DNA of 64,000 bases from positions 9,188 to 73,187 of the forward strand of contig JBAMMA010000020.1 of NCBI GenBank assembly GCA_039794005.1, in the 5' to 3' direction. This DNA comes from Thermoplasmata archaeon (lineage in GTDB: Archaea > Thermoplasmatota > Thermoplasmata > Thermoplasmatales > ARK-15). Below the pieces are notes generated by a model that did no database searches, had not been told where the DNA came from, and was given only the letters and a program-made list of their open reading frames with translations. The position numbers and the translations under genes were made by a program. How positions within the stretch are numbered: the first letter of the stretch is position 1; each line of letters starts with the position of its first letter. Below are positions 41,260 through 50,757 of this stretch, piece by piece.

Positions 41260-42451
41260 GATCAAACCAAATATATATTTTGTTGGAGTAAAAAATCCTG
41301 AAATGAGAATTTTTGACGTATTCTTCAAAACGGAAAGGGGGACAACATATAACTCATATCTCATCGTAGGAAAGGAGAAGGTGGCATTGATAGATACGGT
41401 TAAGGAGCCATTCAAGGATGAATTTATCAAAAATATTGAAGAGATAATCCCTCTGGAAAAAATAAATTATGTAATTACTTTACACCATGAACCAGATCAT
41501 TCTGGAGCCTTGAAATACATACTGGAAAAGTCAAATGCCAAGGTAGTGATTTCGAAGACTGCCGGTCTATTTTTAAAACAGATCCTACATAAAGATGTTA
41601 ATCCTATGCTAGTTGGAGATAATGATAAAATTAATTTGGGCGATTTGACTATAGAGTTTATACAGGCACCATTTTTACACTGGCCAGACACAATGTTTGC
41701 TTATGTACCCGAGAGAAACATTCTATTTACATGCGATTTCCTTGGAGCTCATTTCAGCGATAATTCGATATATAATGATGAATCTATCGATTTTTCACAT
41801 GCATTTGAACATTATTATAAAATCATAATGAGGCCTTTTAAGGACTATGTTCTACAGGCAATCAGAAAGATTGAAAATAAAAGAATTGATATGATTGCAC
41901 CCAGTCATGGAATGATTTTAAGAAAAGATCCATGGAAATATGTGGAATTGTATAAAACATGGTCAACACCAAAACCACGTGAATTTAAGAGGGCACTGAT
42001 ATTTTATGCATCACCCTACGGTGGTACTGGTAGGTTAGCCAACAGTATAGCAGCGGGATTGGTTGAATCTGGAGTTCATGTTGAGTTATTTGACTTAGCA
42101 GGGACCGTTATAGATGACAGTCTATTAGAATTAATAGAAAATTCAGATGCATTGATAGTGGGATCTGCAACATTAAACGGAGATGCCATAAAACCTGTAT
42201 GGGATCTATTATCAAGTTTAACCACAATTAATTTGAGAAACAAAATAGGCTTTGCATTTGGTACATTTGCCTGGAGCGGAGAGGCACCTAAATTGATTGA
42301 AAATAGGTTAAAAGATCTAAAGTTAAAGGTTCCTGAAACATTCATAAGGGCTGGAATTATACCGACGGAAGATGATCTTAGAATTGCCAAAGAAGCAGGT
42401 AAAAAATTGGCTCAGTATATTATTGGATCTTCTTCTTCAGCTCAAGCCTGA
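41243..42451 (+). CDS. fprA: Flavodiiron protein (O2/NO reductase)
   Basis: GTTYNSYL, HHEPDHSG, HWPD, CDFLGAH, APSHG; C-terminal flavodoxin domain. Confidence 0.95.
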   Translation: MIMMIEIKPNIYFVGVKNPEMRIFDVFFKTERGTTYNSYLIVGKEKVALIDTVKEPFKDEFIKNIEEIIPLEKINYVITLHHEPDHSGALKYILEKSNAKVVISKTAGLFLKQILHKDVNPMLVGDNDKINLGDLTIEFIQAPFLHWPDTMFAYVPERNILFTCDFLGAHFSDNSIYNDESIDFSHAFEHYYKIIMRPFKDYVLQAIRKIENKRIDMIAPSHGMILRKDPWKYVELYKTWSTPKPREFKRALIFYASPYGGTGRLANSIAAGLVESGVHVELFDLAGTVIDDSLLELIENSDALIVGSATLNGDAIKPVWDLLSSLTTINLRNKIGFAFGTFAWSGEAPKLIENRLKDLKLKVPETFIRAGIIPTEDDLRIAKEAGKKLAQYIIGSSSSAQA

Positions 42452-42902
42452 TTTTCTTTCTTTCCTCAGCCTCCTTAAATCTCTTGATTTCTTCTTCTGT
42501 TTCCAATTTCAATCTTGGTACAGGAACCGGTCTATTGTTTTCATCTATTGCAACATATGTTAAATATGCCCTTGAGGCCAAGGCCATTTTACCCGTGGAT
42601 ATTTTCTCGGCATAAACATCTACCTGAACTTCCATGGATGTTGTACCAACATAATTTATCCAGGCTTTCAATATAACTATATCCCCAAGTTTTATGGGTT
42701 CAAGAAAACTCATATTATCTATATTTGCCGTTACAACATTTTTTCTTGCATGTCTTCCTGCAACAATGGATCCGGTCCGATCAATCCATTCTACAAGCTT
42801 TCCTCCAAATAGATTTCCATAAATATTTGTATCTTCTGGCAAAACTGTGAAAACAGTATCAACTCTAGAATCTGAGACTCGTTTTTCCTCTAAGTTATTC
42901 AT
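42420..42902 (-). CDS. Hotdog-fold acyl-CoA thioesterase
   Basis: DTNIYGNLFGGKLVEWID, VTA.ID, GTTSMEV, YVAID...P.PVP. Confidence 0.93.
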   Translation of the reverse strand: MNNLEEKRVSDSRVDTVFTVLPEDTNIYGNLFGGKLVEWIDRTGSIVAGRHARKNVVTANIDNMSFLEPIKLGDIVILKAWINYVGTTSMEVQVDVYAEKISTGKMALASRAYLTYVAIDENNRPVPVPRLKLETEEEIKRFKEAEERKKIRLELKKKIQ

Positions 42903-42977
42903 AACGATGATAAGGCATATAAAATATTAATTTTTCAGGGAAATATTAATTATCCATGAATGATTATTTAACATAAA

Positions 42978-44186
42978 ATGAATAAAATAAAGGTTACATT
43001 CATCCTGGAAACGGCAATAGAATACGGAGGAGGAACTGAAAAAACCATATTGCAATACGGAAAATATTTGGACAAGGAAAAGTTTGATGTTTACATTATT
43101 CATTCAAATATTATTGATAAAGGGAGGTTGGATCAGGAATACATAAAATCTGAATGTAAAGGATGCAATTTGATTAGAATAAATTATCCAACAATATTGA
43201 ACAACTTATTAATAAATAAGAAGTATGGTTTATCCGTTCAAAAGCGTAGCATAAAAAAGGATTTATTTTTAATTTATAATATTTTGGTAAGATTTTTAAC
43301 ATTAAATTCATTTAATAGGAAAATAAAAAAAATAATATTCAATTCTGATATAGTATACATTGTTTCAGATTATCAGGCATTTTATATTTTTCTACCCAAT
43401 ATGATTTTTAAAAGGAGAATGCCAATCATTATATTAGGGACACATAATTATTTACCCATTGAGAGGAGGAAAATTAATAGAATTGAAAATAAAATACTTG
43501 GTAGCATATTAACAACAGTTCATTATACATCAAACAAAATAAAATCGTTATCAAAGATAAACGGTTTTGTGGTAAGCAGTGGAGTGGATGTAAATAAATA
43601 TAGAGTTTCAGAAAAGGTAAATCCAATTCCTAAATATCTCTTCGTTGGAAGACTGGTTGAGTATAAGGGATTATATGAATTGATTAAGGCCTGGGAAATT
43701 TTTATAAGGGAAAATAATGGTGAATTACACATAGTTGGAACTGGCGAACTTGAAAATTTTGTAATACAAAAATCTAAGGAATTAAAGAATATAATTTATC
43801 ATGGGTTTGTGAGCGATGATGATCTGATAGATATATATTATAATTCCGATGTTTTGGTTTTTCCGACATATGGTCCAAAACATGATGAATATTTTGGTTT
43901 AGTTGTAATTGAATCATTGGCTTCTGGATTATTCGTTATTCTGAGCAATGAAATGAAGGGAATATTTGATGAATTTGAAAAATCAGGTTCATTAATGTAT
44001 GTTAAATTAGATCCTTATGCCATATATGAATCTATGGTTTATGCATCAAGGAATTTGAATGTTCTTAAAATGAATGCCAGAAATATGAGAAGATATATTG
44101 AAGAAAATTATGATTGGAAAAAGATAGCTGAAAAATTAGGTGAAAATTTTTATAGAATTGTTAATGAAAAGGATAATGCTGGTTAA
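42978..44186 (+). CDS. GT4-family glycosyltransferase
   Basis: GGGTEK, FVGRL..YKG, EYFGLVVIESLASG. Confidence 0.9.
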   Translation: MNKIKVTFILETAIEYGGGTEKTILQYGKYLDKEKFDVYIIHSNIIDKGRLDQEYIKSECKGCNLIRINYPTILNNLLINKKYGLSVQKRSIKKDLFLIYNILVRFLTLNSFNRKIKKIIFNSDIVYIVSDYQAFYIFLPNMIFKRRMPIIILGTHNYLPIERRKINRIENKILGSILTTVHYTSNKIKSLSKINGFVVSSGVDVNKYRVSEKVNPIPKYLFVGRLVEYKGLYELIKAWEIFIRENNGELHIVGTGELENFVIQKSKELKNIIYHGFVSDDDLIDIYYNSDVLVFPTYGPKHDEYFGLVVIESLASGLFVILSNEMKGIFDEFEKSGSLMYVKLDPYAIYESMVYASRNLNVLKMNARNMRRYIEENYDWKKIAEKLGENFYRIVNEKDNAG

Positions 44187-44480
44187 AAGCATAATTGATC
44201 CCGTCAATAATGAATAAAATAATAATAGAATAATGCATGGTAAATTGGAAATGGAGCTCAATGTAAATAAAAATCTATTTAGCAAATCCAATGGATATAA
44301 TAAATAAAGAGATAAGGGAGTTAAAAAACCTATCAAAAATGATATCAGGAATAAGATTTTACCTCTTATTGGATACAAGATAATAGCTGCTAAAATGAAT
44401 AAAAATGGATATCCAATCAATAATACCAGATATGATATGATTATTGAAAATATTATTGGTAATATAATTTTAAGGTTCAT
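44136..44480 (-). CDS. Small integral membrane protein
   Basis: 114 aa, very hydrophobic; overlaps the acylase stop. Confidence 0.6.
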   Translation of the reverse strand: MNLKIILPIIFSIIISYLVLLIGYPFLFILAAIILYPIRGKILFLISFLIGFLTPLSLYLLYPLDLLNRFLFTLSSISNLPCIILLLFYSLLTGSIMLLTSIILFINNSIKIFT

Positions 44481-46929
44481 AATTATAAATTACCTCCTCT
44501 TTCCATCCATATCCATAATTTACATATTCATGGTTATACCATAAATTCATTTGATTCATGTAATAATAACTGAGAAAATTCTCACTTGGACCACCGGGAA
44601 ATATTCCTAAGTATATGTTTAAGCCTGGGATATCAATTTTCCTCAAAGATGAAGATAATGTTACATATGGTAATGGAAATTTTATTATGAATTCAGTCGG
44701 GCCAACTGAAACAGTGTGGTCATCCCCATAAAATGGAATGGGACCATAAGATAAAGCCAATAGACCGGTAATGCTCGAAATTAATAATTTATGTACCTTA
44801 CCCCAATACCAATTGTAAAAATTGTTGCCCAGATTATTTATTAATTCTGAAATAGTTTCCTTGAAAGATATTTGCAAAATTTTTGTAGAATTGTTATCAA
44901 ACCAGAATGAAGATGGATAATTTTTCAGTAAATATATGAGAGAAGTTTCGAATGGAGGATATAAAAATGATATATTATATAATTTTTCATAATAAAAGAA
45001 TGTGTTGTTATAAATGTTAGAAACATAATACCAATAAATGGTCATACCAATAGAATTTATATCGGCTGAACAATTCCAATTTTCCAATATTTTAAATGCT
45101 TCTTTTTCTGTCTCATTCATAGTCATATTTGAAATATATTTTATCAATATTGGCTTTAGCATTTCAGCCCATGAATCTGTCAGATTGGACTGTAATTCTT
45201 CCATATCAGTTAAATTTATTTCATCATGGTTTTTCAAATAATTATATATGCTTAATGCCCTACCTCCAGATGCCCAAAATCCACCTATAAAAGGATATGG
45301 ATAATTCATGCCTACTGGTGGTTGATTGGGTGCAAAGGCAAATCCTCTTTCAGGATCCATTACCTGAGGCAAATATTTAAATGGAACATATCCACAATAT
45401 GAATATCTTGGATCAGAGCCATTTAATAAACTCCTGGACCCAATTACATATACAGTCTTATTGTTTGGCAGTACCTCTTTTATGAGAGGGTAATAACCTG
45501 CAGTAACATAACCCGCATGATGTAATGATATCAAGGCAAAGTTTTGCGGTGGGTAACCCCAATATCTCAGTGCATTTACCATATCCGTATAATTGTTGCT
45601 CATATCCAATTTTAATTCTGCAATAAAAATATAGGATATTTTAGAAGCAGTCCAGTCAACAGATATTCCAAAATTTTTGTATCTACCTATTATAGGACCA
45701 TGATTTGTATAATATAAAGTGTACTTTTTATTTAAAACGGTAAAATTATATTCAACAAGTTTATGCCATGTGTTATTATATAAATAATAATCCCCGTTCA
45801 ATATTTCTAAATAATCATTGGCACTGTTTCCCTCGGCGGATGTAATTCCCCAGGATGTATTTTTAGTATGTCCAATCAAAATTCCGGGAATACCCACAAG
45901 TGCCCAACCAGTAACATTCATGTTAGGATCTACCAATTGCAAAGGAATCCACAATGAGGGCAAAATTAAATTTAGATGCGGGTCATTTGCAATCATTGGA
46001 TATCCATAACTGGAATAGTTAGAAGTAATTATCCAGCTATTACTACCTACACCGAAATGACTATATTCGATAAATGGATCCGAAATGTTTTCATATGAAA
46101 TTCTCAAAAGATATGTTAGATTTTTTATGATATTTGGATCTATTCCAGTAGCCCATTCTGAAAACCAATTTAAATGCCAAAAGTATGTAGTGTTAATGCC
46201 CTGGTCCGTTAAATTATACCCATTTATGGTACCATCTCCAGGAACAATGGTAATATTTTGTGTGTAATAGGGATAAAATGGCCAGACAGACATAGTATTA
46301 TTATATCCAAAATATGAATAAAATAAATCCATTTCGATAGGTTCATATATACCTGTTGTCAAAAATAATGTCATATATTCTTCCCAAACAATTGTATCAA
46401 AAGGTGACCAGTAAAATGGTTTTACATTTAATATTTTAAATTCGAATGACAGTTGGCTTTGATTTATAAAATCATTAACACCCTGTGAAAATGACAATAA
46501 ATAATCGTAATATGTCTTTTCATTCTCTTTGTATGCTATCATTAAATTATATGCATTTTCTGGCAGACCCAGATAATGCATGGCAATATCTGATCTATAC
46601 TCTGATTTTATCCATTTACTCAAATTACCAGATGCAAGAAGGGCCTCTATCTCCATCTGAAATAATCTGTTTTGAGCCATGTAATATCCTTCCGCTAAAA
46701 AGAGATCTTTATTGTCTTTAGCGTATATATGTGCAATACCATTTGAATCTATGTAAATTTTAACAGGGTATTCAATACCCTTTAAATAAATTGTTTGAGA
46801 TGTGTAATTTGAATAGTTAATTTCTGTGAAAATACCGTTGTAAGGATCCAAATATGTAAATTGGATAGAAAATATGGAAATCATAATTAAGATTACAATG
46901 AGTATGGATTCAATTAAAACATATTTCAT
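44470..46929 (-). CDS. Secreted penicillin acylase-family Ntn hydrolase (S45)
   Basis: N-terminal signal/TM; D.NGIAHIYA, A.NRLFQME, GSNSW (Ser nucleophile), ANDPHL, PG. Confidence 0.92.
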   Translation of the reverse strand: MKYVLIESILIVILIMISIFSIQFTYLDPYNGIFTEINYSNYTSQTIYLKGIEYPVKIYIDSNGIAHIYAKDNKDLFLAEGYYMAQNRLFQMEIEALLASGNLSKWIKSEYRSDIAMHYLGLPENAYNLMIAYKENEKTYYDYLLSFSQGVNDFINQSQLSFEFKILNVKPFYWSPFDTIVWEEYMTLFLTTGIYEPIEMDLFYSYFGYNNTMSVWPFYPYYTQNITIVPGDGTINGYNLTDQGINTTYFWHLNWFSEWATGIDPNIIKNLTYLLRISYENISDPFIEYSHFGVGSNSWIITSNYSSYGYPMIANDPHLNLILPSLWIPLQLVDPNMNVTGWALVGIPGILIGHTKNTSWGITSAEGNSANDYLEILNGDYYLYNNTWHKLVEYNFTVLNKKYTLYYTNHGPIIGRYKNFGISVDWTASKISYIFIAELKLDMSNNYTDMVNALRYWGYPPQNFALISLHHAGYVTAGYYPLIKEVLPNNKTVYVIGSRSLLNGSDPRYSYCGYVPFKYLPQVMDPERGFAFAPNQPPVGMNYPYPFIGGFWASGGRALSIYNYLKNHDEINLTDMEELQSNLTDSWAEMLKPILIKYISNMTMNETEKEAFKILENWNCSADINSIGMTIYWYYVSNIYNNTFFYYEKLYNISFLYPPFETSLIYLLKNYPSSFWFDNNSTKILQISFKETISELINNLGNNFYNWYWGKVHKLLISSITGLLALSYGPIPFYGDDHTVSVGPTEFIIKFPLPYVTLSSSLRKIDIPGLNIYLGIFPGGPSENFLSYYYMNQMNLWYNHEYVNYGYGWKEEVIYNYEP

Positions 46930-47067
46930 AAATGTTATAATTGCAATATAATAAAATAATTTTACGATTTATAAATTAATTTATTAATATTTATTTAAAT
47001 ATATTTTAAAAATGAAAAATTAATATCATTGATAAAAATTATATATAAATTTAAAATGGAGATAAAC

Positions 47068-47877
47068 ATGCAAAACAATAGGCGAGTTGAAGGTGGACTT
47101 AGCTTAAATGCAAAGGAAGAGATTGCCAAGATTGTCATAAAGGATGCGCTTGAAAGGTATAAAAGACCTTTTGTTGTATGGTCAGCGGGTAAAGACAGCA
47201 TGGTTGTTTTACATTTAGTCAAAACGTATGTTGAAAAAAATAACCTAGAAATGCCACCTGCATTGTTTATTGACCACGGCCAACACTATGATGAAACATT
47301 GGAAATGATTGATAAAATCAGTAAAGAATGGAACTTCAAAGTAATTTTTGCAAGAAATGAAGATGCTCTGGGAAAAATAAAAGATGGGAAAATATACGTA
47401 AAAGATTTAAATGAAGAAAATCAGATGGAGGTAAGAAAAATAGGCTTTTTAGGTGATTATTTCGAATATTCTCTCGAAACTGATGTTGGAAATCATATTT
47501 TGAAAACTGTTGCTATGAATGATGCAATAAGAAGGTACAGGATAGATGCACTATTTACAGGTATTAGATGGGATGAGAACGAAGCAAGATCATGGGAAGT
47601 ATTTATTTCGCCAAGGGAAGATCCCCCACATGTCAGGGTTCATCCAATATTGCCTTTTACTGAAAGAAATATTTGGGAATATACGTTTAAATACAATTTG
47701 CCAATTCATCCACTTTACAAACAGGGATATAGGTCAATAGATGGAAAATACGATTCGAAAAAAACAGATGATAGACCTGCATGGGAACAAGACTTAGAGC
47801 ATACTTATGAGAGGGCAGGAAGATCTCAAGATAAAGAAGGAATGATGGAAAAACTTAGAAGATTTGGCTACATGTGA
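47068..47877 (+). CDS. CysD-like sulfate adenylyltransferase small subunit (PAPS reductase fold, PP-loop)
   Basis: WSAGKDSMV, LKT, GIRWDE..AR, RVHPIL, GYRS, ERAGRSQDKE..MEKLR.FGYM; contains no Cys. Confidence 0.78.
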   Translation: MQNNRRVEGGLSLNAKEEIAKIVIKDALERYKRPFVVWSAGKDSMVVLHLVKTYVEKNNLEMPPALFIDHGQHYDETLEMIDKISKEWNFKVIFARNEDALGKIKDGKIYVKDLNEENQMEVRKIGFLGDYFEYSLETDVGNHILKTVAMNDAIRRYRIDALFTGIRWDENEARSWEVFISPREDPPHVRVHPILPFTERNIWEYTFKYNLPIHPLYKQGYRSIDGKYDSKKTDDRPAWEQDLEHTYERAGRSQDKEGMMEKLRRFGYM

Positions 47878-49244
47878 ATATGGATACAAATATTTTTTTA
47901 ATTATCTTAGATACGTTAAGAAAGGATGTGATGTCTTTATATGGAGGGGATACAGATACTCCTTTTATAAACGAGATAGCAAGAGACGGCATAATATTTG
48001 AAAATGCCATTTCACCAGGTAACTGGACACCAACTTCTCACATGTCGATATTTTCAGGACTTTATCCCAGGGAACATGGTGTACATGAAAATTATGATGA
48101 GGGTGATGAAATAATATTTAAAAAACTGTTAGAATATAATGGGGATAACATTTTAGAATATCTATATAAAAAAGGTTACAATAATATAGGATATTCCACA
48201 AATCCATGGCTATCACCGGGATCAAGATTTGACAATTACTATTCATCATTCACATTTTATTCATCTGAATATTTATCTGAGAGGGAAATGGAAGATGTAA
48301 TGGAATATAAAAAATATGGAAAAAATAGGATAGAGGCAACAAAATATTTAATTTCACATGGAAAATTTGATGAATTTTTGCATTATTATCACACGTTCAA
48401 ATGGATGTTGAAAAAGAAGAAAGAATACGATTATCCTTTTTACAAAGCCTCAGATGTGATTGTTGATCATATAATAAACAGCAGTTTTAATGAACCCTTA
48501 TTTATGTTTATAAATTTCATGGAGGTTCATGAACCAAGTTCAAGATGGGAATTGGATGTAGACGATAGAAAGATAAAGTATAATGATCTTTTTGGATTTG
48601 ATATTATAAATGAAAAAAAGATCAATGAAGTTAAAGAGGGATATAAAAAATCCTTGAAAAATGTTGATTATGAAATCGGAAGATTAATAAATTTTTTGAA
48701 AAAGAAAAAGATCTATGATGATTCTTTAATCATAATCACTTCAGATCATGGTCAAGCATTTAAAGAAAAAAGAAAAATACAATTTTACGGACATGGTAAT
48801 TTCTTATACGATGAAATTATAAATATTCCCCTAATAGTTAAATTTCCTAAAAATTATAAGATAAAAAGAAAATCCGGTTATCAAACATTAGTCAATATCA
48901 AAAAATTGATTGAAATGGTAATAGAAAATAACTACGAGGATAGTTTGACCGAGGAGGTAGTATTCTCAGAAATGTTTGGCCCAGTACATAATTTAAAGAG
49001 GCTGATGAATGAAGGGATTATTAAAAAAGTTGATAATATTGATCATAAAATAAGGGAATACTTCCCCAAAAGGAAGGCAGTATTCAAGAATGGTTTTAAA
49101 TTGGTAATAAATGGTGAAAATGGACAAATTGAAGAATTCACCTTCCATGGAAAAAATGCGGATGTATCTGAACATCCAAATGTTATTAAAGATTTAAAGG
49201 AAGAATTGTCAATTTTTAAAGGGAATGAAAAATTTATAATTTAA
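47874..49244 (+). CDS. Alkaline phosphatase superfamily sulfatase-like hydrolase/transferase (Thr nucleophile)
   Basis: LDTLRKD, WTPTSHMSIFSG.YP.EHG, NFMEVHEP, TSDHG, HG..LYDE...IPL. Confidence 0.87.
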   Translation: MNMDTNIFLIILDTLRKDVMSLYGGDTDTPFINEIARDGIIFENAISPGNWTPTSHMSIFSGLYPREHGVHENYDEGDEIIFKKLLEYNGDNILEYLYKKGYNNIGYSTNPWLSPGSRFDNYYSSFTFYSSEYLSEREMEDVMEYKKYGKNRIEATKYLISHGKFDEFLHYYHTFKWMLKKKKEYDYPFYKASDVIVDHIINSSFNEPLFMFINFMEVHEPSSRWELDVDDRKIKYNDLFGFDIINEKKINEVKEGYKKSLKNVDYEIGRLINFLKKKKIYDDSLIIITSDHGQAFKEKRKIQFYGHGNFLYDEIINIPLIVKFPKNYKIKRKSGYQTLVNIKKLIEMVIENNYEDSLTEEVVFSEMFGPVHNLKRLMNEGIIKKVDNIDHKIREYFPKRKAVFKNGFKLVINGENGQIEEFTFHGKNADVSEHPNVIKDLKEELSIFKGNEKFII

Positions 49245-49265
49245 TTATAAATTAATAAAATTGTC

Positions 49266-50360
49266 ATGAAAATATTACAATTAGCACATGGTTTAATAAT
49301 ACCTGAATACATTTCTGCATATAGTTTGAGAGTACATTCATTAATAAAAAATAATAATAGAACAATAATTTCCATTGGTGGCCCAACAATAAAAAATATA
49401 ATTCAAGATAATGTAATTCAATACAGGGCTATTTTATTGATGATTTATTCATTTGTTAAAAAAAATAGGGGGTTTGAAATATATTTGTCTGAAGGTAAAT
49501 TTATTTCTAAAAAAATAATAAAAAATATAAGAGAGAATATTAAAAATTCTGATATCATTATTTATGAAGGTCCATGGTTATTTCCATTGACAGAGGATTT
49601 CATTGAAAATAAATTTGTAGTTTACGACGCACACAATGTTGAATATGAATTAAGAAAAAATAATAAATTCAGGGATAAGGCATATGAGATTGAAAAGTCA
49701 TTGGTAAAAAGATCAAATTTAATTTTATCCTTTTCGGAAAATGATACAAAATTATTAAAAGAATTATACAAAAATGAAAATGTAATTACGGTAAAACACG
49801 TTTTAAATTTACCTGATTATAAATGGAATGGATTAAATAATAAAGATATAATATTCATCGGTTCTATATACGATGAAAACATAAAAGCATTAAACAATAT
49901 TTCAAGATTTGCAGAAATATTAAAGGATTTCAAATTTCATATAATTGGAAATTTAAAAGATTATCCCGGTAGGCCAAAAAGGAAGAATATAATTTATCAT
50001 GGATTGTTAAATGAAAAGGAAAAAGATTATGTTATGAATAATTCATTCTTGGCAATAAACCCAGTTGAAGGGGGTTCTGGTAGAAACCTGAAGATGGTAG
50101 ATTACATTTTTCATGGAATACCAGTTTTAACCACAGAAATCGGTGCAAGAGGCTTTGATGATGATACAAAATCACTCTTCTATATAGAAAAAATAGAAAA
50201 TTTTCCAGATAAAATTGTTGAATTAGATAGAAAGAGGGATGAATTAAAAAACATTTCAATCAAATTATATGAACAAGCCAAAAAGATTTATGAAAAAGAA
50301 TATACAAATGTTGAAAAGATATTAGAAAATTATTATTTAAAAAATAAAGAATTTCGTTAA
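49266..50360 (+). CDS. GT4-like glycosyltransferase
   Basis: YDAHNVE, FIGS...EN, P...GSG.NLK..DY...G.PV.TT..GARG. Confidence 0.87.
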   Translation: MKILQLAHGLIIPEYISAYSLRVHSLIKNNNRTIISIGGPTIKNIIQDNVIQYRAILLMIYSFVKKNRGFEIYLSEGKFISKKIIKNIRENIKNSDIIIYEGPWLFPLTEDFIENKFVVYDAHNVEYELRKNNKFRDKAYEIEKSLVKRSNLILSFSENDTKLLKELYKNENVITVKHVLNLPDYKWNGLNNKDIIFIGSIYDENIKALNNISRFAEILKDFKFHIIGNLKDYPGRPKRKNIIYHGLLNEKEKDYVMNNSFLAINPVEGGSGRNLKMVDYIFHGIPVLTTEIGARGFDDDTKSLFYIEKIENFPDKIVELDRKRDELKNISIKLYEQAKKIYEKEYTNVEKILENYYLKNKEFR

Positions 50361-50403
50361 TTTTAAATTTTATTATACAATATACAGGATTTATAAATTA
50401 AAG

Positions 50404-50757
50404 GTGGTAAAGATGGCTAAGATTCTAACTATAGTTATTACCGGAAAGGAAAATATAAATAGGGTAAATGTTGCTTTTAATTTTAGCATTAATGCCAGAA
50501 AGAATAACAATTATGTTGAAATACTCTTTATTGGTCCGGGAGTTCAGATTATAAATAAAAGGCATGCCTTTTCTCAAACCTTTATCAATAATATAAAAAA
50601 TTTACAGGAATCAGGTATTAAAATCAAAGCATGCATTAACAGTATAAACAGCGAAGGTCTTTCAAAAGATGATATATTTGAGGGTATTGAATTTGTGGGA
50701 GGAGCAATTGAAGCCGCAGAGAGAATTTCCGAAGGATATATACCGGTGACATTCTGA
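50404..50757 (+). CDS. DsrE/DsrF-like sulfur-relay protein
   Basis: ILFIGPGV, IKAC, GY.PVTF; start may be the ATG at 50413. Confidence 0.8.
   Translation: MVKMAKILTIVITGKENINRVNVAFNFSINARKNNNYVEILFIGPGVQIINKRHAFSQTFINNIKNLQESGIKIKACINSINSEGLSKDDIFEGIEFVGGAIEAAERISEGYIPVTF

Noticed and set aside
46930-47067. AT-only palindromes in the divergent acylase/CysD-like spacer
   Set aside because: Expected by chance at this AT content
47068-47877. Annotation as a true PAPS/APS reductase or DndC
   Set aside because: No cysteines at all, and no neighbouring dnd genes
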